A stretch of 64,000 bases of DNA from an uncultured Actinomycetes bacterium (GCA_963730285.1 CAVSQY010000010.1:2721-66720), one strand, 5' to 3'. Counted from the stretch's first letter, positions 1 to 9,471 are shown. The notes: generated by a model not told the origin, from the sequence alone. A program made the numbers and translations.

Positions 1-4
1 GGGA

Positions 5-358
5 GTGTCGATGACCGAGGCTCTCGTCTTCAACAGGGAGGCACACAAAGGAAACGTCGGGAGTGTCGACCCGAGTAGTGACGCCATGGCAGTGAGTGCT
101 GGGAACGAGGGCACATACCGGGTCTGGGACCTCGCAAAGGGCGAGATGCTCTTCGAAGTGAGGGTGAACACCGATTCCGCTGCTGCGAGATTTACGCCCG
201 ACGGCAGCCAACTTGCGTATGAGGATGCGGGCGGTGTTATCAGATTCACACCAGTGGACAACGACGAAGTCATCGCTCAAGCTCGCGCCACAGTGACACG
301 CTCATTGACCGACGACGAGTGCCGCCAATACCTGCACACCGACGGATGCGAGGATTAG
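5..358 (+). CDS. WD40-repeat protein, C-terminal fragment (open at window edge)
   Basis: The ORF is open from the first bases of the window. It has WD-repeat-like blades (GTYRVWDL, FTPDGSQLAYED). At 117 aa it is too short for a propeller, so the 5' part must lie upstream. Confidence 0.55.
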   Translation: MSMTEALVFNREAHKGNVGSVDPSSDAMAVSAGNEGTYRVWDLAKGEMLFEVRVNTDSAAARFTPDGSQLAYEDAGGVIRFTPVDNDEVIAQARATVTRSLTDDECRQYLHTDGCED

Positions 359-411
359 GGCGATGCCGCTCGTGGGTCAAGTCGCCTGACCTGACGTGGG
401 GTTCCTCGGTT

Positions 412-459
412 GTGGGCGTTGACGGACTCGAACCGCCGACCCCTGCCTTGTAAGGGCAG
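412..459 (-). repeat. 48-bp exact copy of the 3' part of tRNA-Val (att-type direct repeat, distal island end)
   Basis: Identical 48/48 to 3573-3620 (gtgggcgttgacggactcgaaccgccgacccctgccttgtaagggcag). This covers the tRNA from the anticodon stem to the 3' end plus 1 nt. The 5' half is absent, so it is not a tRNA gene. Confidence 0.9.
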
Positions 460-621
460 ATCAGGGGATTTTCGCCAGCGGCCAGTTCGCCCAGAAATGA
501 GCTTTGACCTGGGGTTTTGGCGCTGGACGCTTGCCAGCGTTTCGCGGCGTTTCTCACCCTCTGACGGACAAATGACGGACAGTGGGAGCGCAAGATCGGT
601 CAGGGCCCCGGTACGAGCCCT

Positions 622-1497
622 TCACCGAGAGGATGAGTCACCGATGGTCGCTAGGTCCATGAGGAGACTGTTCGCCCAGTCGACGGCAGCTTGATGAGAC
701 TCGGCCACGGTTTCGGCGTGGGGTGATGTGGAGTCCATGCCTTCCCGTGCTGCCTGATACAGGTCGTTCCATGTGCTGGTCGGGTTGACGATGGCGGGCC
801 AGGGATGGGTCTGCCTAAAGGCGAACAGCCTCTTGGTGGTAACCGCCAGCCCGGTCAGGTCGACGGAGCGCGTCGAGTGCATGAGTTGGAGGTCGATCAA
901 ATCGTGGGCACGTTCGGAATCAGGGAGAGTGATGGCGTGAAGCTTTTGCGCCATCTGGTGGACGATCGGTACGAGCGGAACGGGTTCGGGCGCAGGTAAT
1001 CCGAGTGCTTCGAAGAGTTCGAGCGTGTCGGCTGAAATGTCGTATTCGGGAGATGCGGTCGAGTCGAGCTCATCTCGACTGAGTTCAAACGAGATGGAGT
1101 GCGGCCACTTCGACCCCTTGTACAAGAGGTTGATCGAGTAGGGCTGCAGGACATACTGCTCTGGGACTCCGTCGGGTTCGGCTCTTGGCCGTTCAGCGAC
1201 AGTGCCCGTGAAACCACCCCAACCCGCGACGAGCCGCTCTTGGAACGCCTGGTGGAACTCCTTGACCGCTAGTGCTTGTGAGACGTCGAGGTCGACAGAG
1301 AATCGGCTTGCGTCACCGTATCGGAAGTACATGGCCGCCCCACCTTTGACGGCGCCGGCCGGAAGCATCTGTCCAATGACGGTATTGGCGAGGTCTCTGT
1401 AGCGCCGCTGATTCTCCGGAGAACCCTCTTCCTTGACCCCAGTCAGTGCCCTGATCCGGTCGAGGATCGCCCTTGCGGTAGCCGGGGAATCAGGCAT
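622..1497 (-). CDS. abiEii: Nucleotidyltransferase AbiEii/AbiGii-family toxin (type IV TA)
   Basis: 291 aa. The N-terminal NTase region reads KGGAAMYFRYGDASRFSVDLDV. The start overlaps the upstream antitoxin stop (TGATG on the minus strand). Confidence 0.8.
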   Translation of the reverse strand: MPDSPATARAILDRIRALTGVKEEGSPENQRRYRDLANTVIGQMLPAGAVKGGAAMYFRYGDASRFSVDLDVSQALAVKEFHQAFQERLVAGWGGFTGTVAERPRAEPDGVPEQYVLQPYSINLLYKGSKWPHSISFELSRDELDSTASPEYDISADTLELFEALGLPAPEPVPLVPIVHQMAQKLHAITLPDSERAHDLIDLQLMHSTRSVDLTGLAVTTKRLFAFRQTHPWPAIVNPTSTWNDLYQAAREGMDSTSPHAETVAESHQAAVDWANSLLMDLATIGDSSSR

Positions 1498-2054
1498 CAG
1501 GCGTCCTCGCCTCCTTGGAGCGCGGCGAACAGTTCGTCACGATCCCGGGAGAGGACGAGGCCCTCGGCCGCTGCTCGATCAGCAGCTTCGAGGAGCCTCT
1601 CGGTCATAACTCTTGCCCGACAGTCCAGAAGAGCACGCTTCACAGTGACGGTAGGGATCGCCTCGAAAACGGTCAGATCCTCCACAGGGAGGCTGCGTTT
1701 AGCCACATGGAGCCACATTGGGTGATTGGCTCGAGTACGCCGCGGAGTACCCACCCACACCGACCTCGGATTCACCGAAGCCAGCTCATATAGGGCCAGG
1801 GTGGACTCCCCCATCAGATACGCATCCTCACCCACTCGAAGCACCGCCGCCATGAAGGCATCCCGGTCCGTAGTCGGAACGTCGTTCATCCGATACAGAC
1901 CGTACGCAACGTTGCTCAGCACACCCCGATGCGCCAGCTTTGCCAGTTCGACTACCGGAACGCCGATCTCCCTGGCTTGACGAGTGGTGACAAATCCATA
2001 CTGGTCGACAGCAAGTCGCCAGAGCTTTCGTTTGTAAGTAGCGACAGGTTCCAT
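1497..2054 (-). CDS. abiEi: AbiEi-family antitoxin / transcriptional regulator
   Basis: 185 aa. It has an N-terminal wHTH (YGFVTTRQAREIGVPVVELAKLAHRGVL) and a typical AbiEi C-terminal domain. It is coupled to abiEii. Confidence 0.8.
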   Translation of the reverse strand: MEPVATYKRKLWRLAVDQYGFVTTRQAREIGVPVVELAKLAHRGVLSNVAYGLYRMNDVPTTDRDAFMAAVLRVGEDAYLMGESTLALYELASVNPRSVWVGTPRRTRANHPMWLHVAKRSLPVEDLTVFEAIPTVTVKRALLDCRARVMTERLLEAADRAAAEGLVLSRDRDELFAALQGGEDA

Positions 2055-2115
2055 CGATGTGGCACAACACTACCATTTTTGGTATTGTTCCGCCGTCCTT
2101 CACCCGAACCCCGAG

Positions 2116-2400
2116 CGGGGTTTCTTCCGCGACGTGGTCGCGGATGGCGATCGCTCAAGACTACCCCTACAGGAACCTGAATCCGATCACGCCCGTATTG
2201 AGCAGTACCGGTGTCTCGAGCAATGGCCGTCGCCCGACGAAGGTCTGGTGTTCACCGCCCCAGGCGGAGGTGCACTCAGACGATCCTTCCGCCGCCGGTA
2301 CTGGAAGCCGGCTGTCCGAGATTCCGTTGGGGAACCGATGCGATTCCACGATCTGCGGCACAGCCACGTGGCCCACCTCATCGAACAGGGAATCCACCGA
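2116..2400 (+). pseudogene. Tyrosine recombinase remnant 1 (internal fragment)
   Basis: GLVFTAPGGGALRRSFRRRYWKPAVRDSVGEPMRFHDLRHSHVAHLIEQG matches the box II region of phage-type integrases. Homology stops after IEQGIH. There is no N-terminal domain and no catalytic Tyr segment. Confidence 0.7.
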
Positions 2401-2711
2401 GTGGGCGGCGGCTCTAGCATGTGCCGAGCCGAGCGCCCTTCGGGAGCGAGGGCTCTGGCTGCGTCTGACCATCAGAAATGAGGGCAGTGACGTCACTCTC
2501 TTGGGTGATGGTGTCATGAGCGCCATGATGAGTGAAGAAGTGTCGAAGGTCGGGGGGTTAGTACCTGTAGAGAACCTTGTCGTATTCGATGTCAATGGCC
2601 GACCGGCCGAGTTGGTCGTGGAAACCGGATTTGGATCCTTGCTGGACCTCGGGAAGCCTCCTCAACAGCCGTGATGTCCAGAAGCATCCCCACCCGAAAT
2701 CGTTAGCCCCA

Positions 2712-3113
2712 ATGTCACGTAGGACCCTTGCCGCGCTCGTTGACTCATCGCTAGGAATACTCATAGCAGGTGGACTCATGCTTGGGGTGTTCCCATGGAT
2801 TTCGACTGTCATGTATCAAGCGGTGGGGAGCGCAAGCCCTTGGGGCGTTGTTGCCAGACTGGTGGGGATCGTCGCGACGGGAGCAGCTCTTGCGGGTCTC
2901 ATACTGTGGACAAAGGTTCGTCCAATCGCCGTTGCCGTACCGGCCGTCGCCATCATTCTTCTCTACAGCGCCCTCCTACTCTGGCCGGGCCTCCCTTCGC
3001 GGGTATCAAACCTCCTGCGTCTCGTGTCTGGACTCGGTGCGATTCCATTCGTTGCCGCCGGGCTCCTCGGAGTCGGAGCCTTGTACAAGCGTGGGAAACT
3101 CCTGAATCGGTAA
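2712..3113 (+). CDS. Small integral membrane protein (about 4 TM), island cargo
   Basis: ATG at 2712 within ORF 2577-3113. The protein is a series of hydrophobic helices (LGILIAGGLMLGVFPWI, VARLVGIVATGAALAGLILW, AVAVPAVAIILLYSALLLW, LGAIPFVAAGLLGVGAL). I recognise no family. Confidence 0.5.
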   Translation: MSRRTLAALVDSSLGILIAGGLMLGVFPWISTVMYQAVGSASPWGVVARLVGIVATGAALAGLILWTKVRPIAVAVPAVAIILLYSALLLWPGLPSRVSNLLRLVSGLGAIPFVAAGLLGVGALYKRGKLLNR

Positions 3114-3236
3114 AGATCCGCGCCGGCCGGGGCTATGCGCTGTCCGGGTCACCAACTGCTGGAGACGATCACAAGAGTCCGGTCCATCATGCATTCATTA
3201 CACTTCATGGCCAATGCGTACTGCGCGCGAATGCCG

Positions 3237-3463
3237 TCAGTACGGATCAGCTACCAAGGGCGCGTGGTACATATCGCCGCTTCGGTCGGTGAGCCGTACC
3301 GGGTGCACGACCTGAGACACACTCACGCCGCATGGCTGATCGCCAACGGCGAGCATGCCAAGACCATCCAAAACTCGGCCATGCCTCGATAAGAACCACG
3401 CTCGACCGCTACGGGCACCTGATGCCGGGCCTCGATGCGGGCGCCGCAGACCGCCTCGATTAG
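3237..3463 (+). pseudogene. Tyrosine recombinase remnant 2 (C-terminus, frameshifted)
   Basis: VGEPYRVHDLRHTHAAWLIANGEHAKTIQ is in one frame. After the A-run near 3369-3373, KLGHASIRTTLDRYGHLMPGLD (catalytic Tyr motif) continues in another frame. It lies adjacent to the intact tRNA-Val. Confidence 0.8.
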
Positions 3464-3573
3464 CTAGCAGCCGGCCGTGGCAAGCACTCAGGAAGCACTC
3501 GCCGAGCTCCGAGTGTCTCTAAGCTTCCCACCTCAAAGGCCAGGAACTAGACCTGACCAGGGACTTCTCTTAG

Positions 3574-3647
3574 TGGGCGTTGACGGACTCGAACCGCCGA
3601 CCCCTGCCTTGTAAGGGCAGTGCTCTAGCCAACTGAGCTAAACGCCC
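3574..3647 (-). tRNA. tRNA-Val (anticodon TAC)
   Basis: The cloverleaf was read by hand: acceptor GGGCGTT/AACGCCC, D arm GCTC..GAGC, anticodon arm CTGCC-CTTACAA-GGCAG, T arm GGCGG-TTCGAGT-CCGTC, discriminator A. No CCA is encoded. Confidence 0.95.
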
Positions 3648-3782
3648 GTAGGTCAGAAAAGTCTAAGAGATATAGGTCGCTGTACCCATTCAACATCCTG
3701 GGGATAAATGTCGATACATCTCTAGACAAATCCCCAATGGCGGCCAGAGGCATTCCTACGCTGGCCCGAGGCTAGGAACGGT

Positions 3783-4715
<933 letters not shown>

Positions 4716-4723
4716 CCATTCGG

Positions 4724-5038
4724 TCAGGCGGTCTTGACCAGGTCCCAGAGCTCATCGGTGTTTGCCTCCAGGGGTAGTGCAGAGTCGCCCTGACTCGGAC
4801 GACCACGACCACGACGACGGTGGAAGGGCTGGCCATCCCAGAAGATGACGCCGCCCCACACGCCCCATTCGTGGCCATCGATCAACGCCACTTCCAGGCA
4901 TCTCACCCGCACCTGACATGAGGCGCAGATGCGCTGCGCCTCGGCCAGCTCGGCGGGATTGTCGGAGAAGAACAGCTCGTGGCTGCCCTCCTGGCTACAT
5001 CGACCTTCGTCCTGGAGTTGTCTCAGTTGTGAATTCAT
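4724..5038 (-). CDS. whiB: WhiB-family (Wbl) Fe-S transcription factor
   Basis: Four Cys (C..CASCQVRVRC), a GVWGG turn and a basic C-terminal tail RRRGRGRP. The SD AAAGGA lies 6 nt upstream of the ATG. Confidence 0.9.
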   Translation of the reverse strand: MNSQLRQLQDEGRCSQEGSHELFFSDNPAELAEAQRICASCQVRVRCLEVALIDGHEWGVWGGVIFWDGQPFHRRRGRGRPSQGDSALPLEANTDELWDLVKTA

Positions 5039-5069
5039 GTCGAGTCCTTTGTTCTGTTTCGGAGGCGGG

Positions 5070-5099
5070 AATAAAAAAGGCCGCCGGATCCCGGCGGCT
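5070..5099 (-). terminator. Rho-independent terminator (minus strand)
   Basis: The minus-strand RNA reads GCCGCCGG-GAU-CCGGCGGC (8-9 bp GC stem, 3-nt loop) followed by UUUUUUAUU. It lies 3' of the small ORF 5127-5243 and about 30 nt 5' of the whiB ATG. Confidence 0.8.
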
Positions 5100-5126
5100 T
5101 CTCAACAGAACGTTGATGGGGTCACA

Positions 5127-5243
5127 TCATGTGACGAGAGGCCGCCTCGGAGTGGTGTTGGGCACGGTGCCTTGCGCAGCGAGCGCGGACGCGCCAAAAC
5201 GCCCTGCCATTCCGGTGGGAATCATGAGTCGCTGCTTCACCAT
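5127..5243 (-). CDS. Candidate 38-aa small protein / leader ORF (unannotated)
   Basis: MVKQRLMIPTGMAGRFGASALAAQGTVPNTTPRRPLVT. The SD GAGAAAGAGG lies 7 nt upstream of the ATG. Third-codon positions are G/C-rich. It is followed by the intrinsic terminator and falls below the 60-aa cut-off of the ORF track. Confidence 0.35.
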   Translation of the reverse strand: MVKQRLMIPTGMAGRFGASALAAQGTVPNTTPRRPLVT

Positions 5244-5362
5244 TGACGTACCTCTTTCTCGACGGCGACAGAATGGCCGCTTCAAAACCATCCGTCAAGG
5301 CAATTAAGCCAAAGCCTCGGTCACGATTTCGTAACGGGCGTCGGATAGGGTTTCGGCAATCG

Positions 5363-6517
5363 ATGGATGACGGTCCCCCCTGGTGGAGTCATAGGTGGCT
5401 CTGGTGGTGCGTATTCGGCGTGTGCACGTCCGCGCTCCTCGGTTCACTGACAATGTCCGTTGCATCGGGCAATGTCGCCACCGCCTACATCGTGGCTTCG
5501 ACCGTTTGGGCTCCCCTCGGTCTCATCATCTGGTACCGAAAGCCAGAACATCCGATAGGCCCACTCATCACCCTGGTTGGGCTCTTGTCCCTTGCGGTAG
5601 TCCCGGGCTTCCTGATGGGCGCTGTCTTCACTCAGTTCGAGGCGACCATCACACCACAGGCATGGCCGATGATCATCGGTTCGGCGGTGAGTGGCGCCTA
5701 CACCTACCTCTTCCTCGTCGCCATTCTCCTCTTCCCGGATGGCAGAGCCCGACCGGGCCCGCAACTCTGGCTGACACGCCTCTTGTTTCTGGCGATGCTG
5801 ATCGCCACGGCGTCAGGGATACTGGCGGAGCCGCTCGGACCGGTCAGCCATCCGTTCGCCTCGCTGGGCCTAACGACAGCGGCTCGCTCGGTGTTCGAGG
5901 CGATGATCGAGATCTACGGATTCGGACTGCTGGCAGTCATCGTTTTCAAAGTCGTCGACTACCGGAGAAGTTACGCGGTTCGCCGGGCCCAGTTGAAATG
6001 GCTCGTGTATGTGCTCTACGTGTATCTCGTCTTCACCATCATCTCGTTCGGGATCATTGGGACCGCCGGCTTCGATCTCCTCGGCTTGATCCTCGACGCA
6101 ATGTTCACCGGTCTGATTCCTCTGGCCATGGCTCTAGCGATCCTCCGCTACCGCCTGTATGAGATCGATCGATTGATTTCGCGAACGGTCACCTATGGAG
6201 TCATGTTCTTGCTCGTGGCAGCTTTGTTTGCTCTACCGGTCCTGGTTCTCCCCACGATGCTTGGTCGAACCAGTGAGGTCGCCGTCGCCGGCACGACACT
6301 CGTCATCGCCGCGATCTTCGCACCCATTCGCTCACGTCTTCAGAGAAAGGTCGACATGAGATTCAATCGGGCCAAGTTCGACATCGAGCAAGAGATTGCG
6401 GAGCTGGCGAAGAGGATGAACCACACGCTGTCGACGGAAATGCTCACCGAGGAAACAGTTCAATTGGTCTCTCGCACGCTCCATCCTTCCTCCATAGGGC
6501 TATGGGTCAAAGGATGA
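5363..6517 (+). CDS. Polytopic membrane protein resembling the N-terminal sensor module of actinobacterial histidine kinases (no kinase domain)
   Basis: Multiple TM helices are followed by LRYRLYEIDRLISRTVTYGV ... RLQRKVDMRFNRAKFDIEQEIAELAKRM ... LHPSSIGLWVKG. The start is uncertain: ATG 5363 is chosen, with in-frame alternatives ATG 5273 and TTG 5243. Confidence 0.6.
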   Translation: MDDGPPWWSHRWLWWCVFGVCTSALLGSLTMSVASGNVATAYIVASTVWAPLGLIIWYRKPEHPIGPLITLVGLLSLAVVPGFLMGAVFTQFEATITPQAWPMIIGSAVSGAYTYLFLVAILLFPDGRARPGPQLWLTRLLFLAMLIATASGILAEPLGPVSHPFASLGLTTAARSVFEAMIEIYGFGLLAVIVFKVVDYRRSYAVRRAQLKWLVYVLYVYLVFTIISFGIIGTAGFDLLGLILDAMFTGLIPLAMALAILRYRLYEIDRLISRTVTYGVMFLLVAALFALPVLVLPTMLGRTSEVAVAGTTLVIAAIFAPIRSRLQRKVDMRFNRAKFDIEQEIAELAKRMNHTLSTEMLTEETVQLVSRTLHPSSIGLWVKG

Positions 6518-7119
6518 GCGAGTCGCTGGACTTGTGGGACTACCGGCGCCGTGTCCACGACATGTACCGGGAAGTCAGAGTCGGGGGTGCCGGCGAGACG
6601 ACATGGCGCAGTTGGATCGAGGCCCGTGACCATCTGTTTGCCACCCATCCTCAAACGGCTCTCGACGATCCATCCACTTTCACCGGGCTCCCCTATTTCG
6701 ATCACGATCCAGCCTGGCGTCTGGAGGGGAGATTCGAGCCGGTCGACGAGGAGCCGAGCCTGGTCGCACATTCGGGCGAAGGAGCGACGAGTTTTGTGAC
6801 CGTGGGCACGGTCACCTTCGATTCGCCTTCGGGCACTGGCCGACTCGATGTGCTCTGGCTCGATGCCTATGGCGGTGGCATCTTCATGCCGTTTCGTGAC
6901 AGCACTTCCGGCAGAGCTACCTACGGCGGGGGGAGATACCTCTTGGACACGGTCAAAGGTGCCGATCTGGGTCATCGGGGCAATCTCATCACCTTCGACT
7001 TCAACTATGCCTATCACCCGTCATGCGTCTACTCACCGCGATGGTCGTGCCCGCTGGCCCCACCCAACAACCAACTTTCCTTTGAGGTCGAGGCCGGTGA
7101 GCGTCTTGGGAGTCATTGA
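6514..7119 (+). CDS. DUF1684 domain-containing protein
   Basis: The characteristic C-terminal motif FDFNYAYHPSCVYSPRWSCPLAPPNNQL is present. ATG 6514 overlaps the upstream stop (ATGA). Confidence 0.8.
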   Translation: MSESLDLWDYRRRVHDMYREVRVGGAGETTWRSWIEARDHLFATHPQTALDDPSTFTGLPYFDHDPAWRLEGRFEPVDEEPSLVAHSGEGATSFVTVGTVTFDSPSGTGRLDVLWLDAYGGGIFMPFRDSTSGRATYGGGRYLLDTVKGADLGHRGNLITFDFNYAYHPSCVYSPRWSCPLAPPNNQLSFEVEAGERLGSH

Positions 7120-7133
7120 CGTAAGCTCGGATC

Positions 7134-7592
7134 GTGCTCAGATTCATCTTCAACCTGTTCAAATTCACGCTGTTCGCCCTCTTCGGAGTTGCCGTGGCTG
7201 CGAAGTTCCTTCTCCAGTCACATGCGTCTTCGCAAACCGAGGAGATCGACCTGGTCGCGATCTTCGGCGGTGAAGACCTGGCCTCGACGGCCGACCCCTT
7301 TTATGGGGGCAAGATCACCACGATGTTCGGGGGAACCAAGCTCGACCTGCGGCGAGCTACCCCCGCACCCACCGGTGTCTACCTGGACGTCCTCGCCATC
7401 GCCGGTGGGGTCGACCTCATAGTCCCCGATGGCTGGCGGGTCGAATTCGACGGAAACGTATACGCAGGCGGCTTTGCCGACGAGACCAACGCGACGGCCG
7501 ACCCTGACGCTCCGATCCTCCGGATCGACGGGATGGTGATGATGGCCGGCCTACGCGTCACCACTCGAGCCACCCTCGAGGTGGTTGTCTGA
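7134..7592 (+). CDS. LiaF-like (DUF2154) cell-envelope stress protein
   Basis: An N-terminal TM is followed by a beta-rich region: TMFGGTKLDLRRATPAPTGVYLDVLAIAGGVDLIVPDGWRVEFDGNVYAGGF. GTG start. Confidence 0.6.
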   Translation: MLRFIFNLFKFTLFALFGVAVAAKFLLQSHASSQTEEIDLVAIFGGEDLASTADPFYGGKITTMFGGTKLDLRRATPAPTGVYLDVLAIAGGVDLIVPDGWRVEFDGNVYAGGFADETNATADPDAPILRIDGMVMMAGLRVTTRATLEVVV

Positions 7593-8818
7593 TGCCCACC
7601 CGGATCGAAGCCGACCGCCTCGTCCCGGGTCGGGGCGAGGTGATCGAAGACGCCGTGGTCATTTTCGACGAGATCATCACCTACGCCGGCACGGTCACCA
7701 ATGCCCCGGCGACACCCGGAGCCGATACCGTCCGAGCCGATACCGTCATGCCGGGCATGTGGGAGTGCCACGGGCACTTCATCGGCACCTACACCGCGGC
7801 ATTGACCGAGGAACTTGCCACCACCCGGCCCCAGATGACCGCTATGCGCGTGACCGCCGACGCTCGGCGTGTGCTCATGGCCGGTTTCACCTCGGTGCGC
7901 GAGATGGGGGGCCTCGGCACCTTCTTGAGCCGCGTGATCGACGAGGGCCAGGTCGTCGGGCCAAACATCTACGCCAGCGGCTCCATGCTCTCGATGACAG
8001 CCGGTCACGGGGACACCCATGGGATGGACCTCGAGGACGCACACCGGTTGCTGGCCCACCACTGGGGTGAGAGCTCGATCTGCGACGGTCCCGACCAATG
8101 CCGGGCAGCGGTGCGCCGCATGCTCCGTCTCGGAGCGAAGGTGATCAAGGTTCATGCCTCCGGCGGCGTCATGAGCGAGCTAGACGATCCAAAACTGCCG
8201 CAGTTCTCCAAGCCCGAACTGGAGGCGATCGTCGATGAGGCCACCCGAATGGAACGTCTGGTCGGCGCCCACTGTCACGGCAAGAGAGGGATCATGGCCG
8301 CCCTCGAAGCCGGGGTTCGCACCATCGAGCACGGCACCTACCTCGACGAGGAGGCGGCCGATGCGATGTTGGAGACGGGGGCGATTCTCGTGCCGACCCG
8401 CTGGATCGTCGATTACCTGCTCACCGAGGGTGCCAACCGAGGGATGCCGGAATACGCCAAACGCAAGGCTGTCGTCGCCGCCGAGCATCACGCCAACGCC
8501 GTGGCCACGGCGGTGAGCAAGGGGGTCAGGATCGCCATGGGAACCGACATCTGGGGCACCGGGCTTTGGGGCAAGAACGCCGAGGAGCTGGGGTTCATGG
8601 TGGATGCGGGTATGACGCCCCTCCAAGCGATAGAGACCGCCACCGCAAATGGGCCGGGCACATTGGGACCACAAGCACCCAGATCGGGTCAGCTCGTCGA
8701 AGGATTCGATGCCGACGTGATATGCATCACCGGCAACCCCTCACGCGACGTCTCGATCCTGGCGGACCCCGGGAACATAACCCACGTCTGGAAGTCCGGG
8801 ACCAGAGTCAAAGGCTGA
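7592..8818 (+). CDS. Amidohydrolase-family metallo-hydrolase
   Basis: The HxH metal motif is present (PGMWECHGHF), with later GAHCHG and MGTDI segments. The start overlaps the upstream stop (TGATG). Confidence 0.8.
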   Translation: MPTRIEADRLVPGRGEVIEDAVVIFDEIITYAGTVTNAPATPGADTVRADTVMPGMWECHGHFIGTYTAALTEELATTRPQMTAMRVTADARRVLMAGFTSVREMGGLGTFLSRVIDEGQVVGPNIYASGSMLSMTAGHGDTHGMDLEDAHRLLAHHWGESSICDGPDQCRAAVRRMLRLGAKVIKVHASGGVMSELDDPKLPQFSKPELEAIVDEATRMERLVGAHCHGKRGIMAALEAGVRTIEHGTYLDEEAADAMLETGAILVPTRWIVDYLLTEGANRGMPEYAKRKAVVAAEHHANAVATAVSKGVRIAMGTDIWGTGLWGKNAEELGFMVDAGMTPLQAIETATANGPGTLGPQAPRSGQLVEGFDADVICITGNPSRDVSILADPGNITHVWKSGTRVKG

Positions 8819-8835
8819 ACGTCGTCGACCCCCCG

Positions 8836-9471
8836 TCAGACGATCCGCCGTTTGCTCGCCCAGCGCGCCAGCTCATGGCGGTTGGATAGCTGGAGCTTGC
8901 GGAGCACGGAGGAGACATGGGTCTCCACCGTCTTGATGGAGATGTTGAGCTTGCGGGCCACCTGTTTATAGGCGAACCCTCTGGCGATCAACCGCAAGAC
9001 ATCCTTCTCCCTCGTGGTCAGCCGATCCAGCTCGGGGTCATCTTCAGCCGGCATCGAGCCGGCGAACGCGTCCAGGACAAAACCGGCCAGACGGGGCGAG
9101 AAGACCGCATCGCCCGCCCGAATCCGACGGATGGCGTCGGCCAGGTCACCCCCCTCGATTGTCTTGGTGACATAGCCCCGGGCGCCGGCTCGGATCATGG
9201 CGATGACATCCTCTGCTTGATCCGAGACCGATAGCGCCAGGAACTTGACGTCGGGATTGGTCTGGGTGACACTTTCGACCACGACGATGCCGCCGCCATC
9301 GGGCATGTGAACATCCACGAGGACTACCTCCGGGTTCAAACCCCGTATCTCCTCTATGGCTGTATCGACGTCGTAGGCGGCACCCACGATGACGAATTCC
9401 TCGGAGAGCTCGGATCGCACACCGGCAAGGAAGAGCCGATGATCGTCGACCAGATAGACCCGCACGCTCAT
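8836..9471 (-). CDS. NarL/LuxR-family response regulator
   Basis: Receiver domain (VYLVDDH, VLVDVHMPDGGG) plus a LuxR HTH (LTTREKDVLRLIARGFAYKQVARKLNISIKTVETHVSSVLRKL). Confidence 0.9.
   Translation of the reverse strand: MSVRVYLVDDHRLFLAGVRSELSEEFVIVGAAYDVDTAIEEIRGLNPEVVLVDVHMPDGGGIVVVESVTQTNPDVKFLALSVSDQAEDVIAMIRAGARGYVTKTIEGGDLADAIRRIRAGDAVFSPRLAGFVLDAFAGSMPAEDDPELDRLTTREKDVLRLIARGFAYKQVARKLNISIKTVETHVSSVLRKLQLSNRHELARWASKRRIV

Larger units (their letters stand above)
460..3572. mobile_element. Decayed tRNA-Val-integrated element (about 3.1 kb) carrying an AbiE TA pair
   Basis: Bounded by the 48-bp direct repeat. Two tyrosine-recombinase remnants lie on the tRNA-proximal side. It also holds an abiEi/abiEii pair and a small membrane protein. 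No intact integrase is present. Confidence 0.75.

Noticed and set aside
412-459. Second tRNA-Val gene
   Set aside because: Only the 3' part (anticodon stem to acceptor 3' strand) is present. The sequence diverges immediately after the anticodon stem, so no D arm or 5' acceptor strand exists. It is an att-type repeat, not a gene.
5100-5240. Known sRNA family (I considered 6C RNA and SRP RNA) on the minus strand upstream of whiB
   Set aside because: I could not match the two C-rich-loop hairpins of 6C or the SRP domain IV motif by eye. The region reads better as a short SD-preceded ORF, so it is reported only as a candidate small gene or leader.
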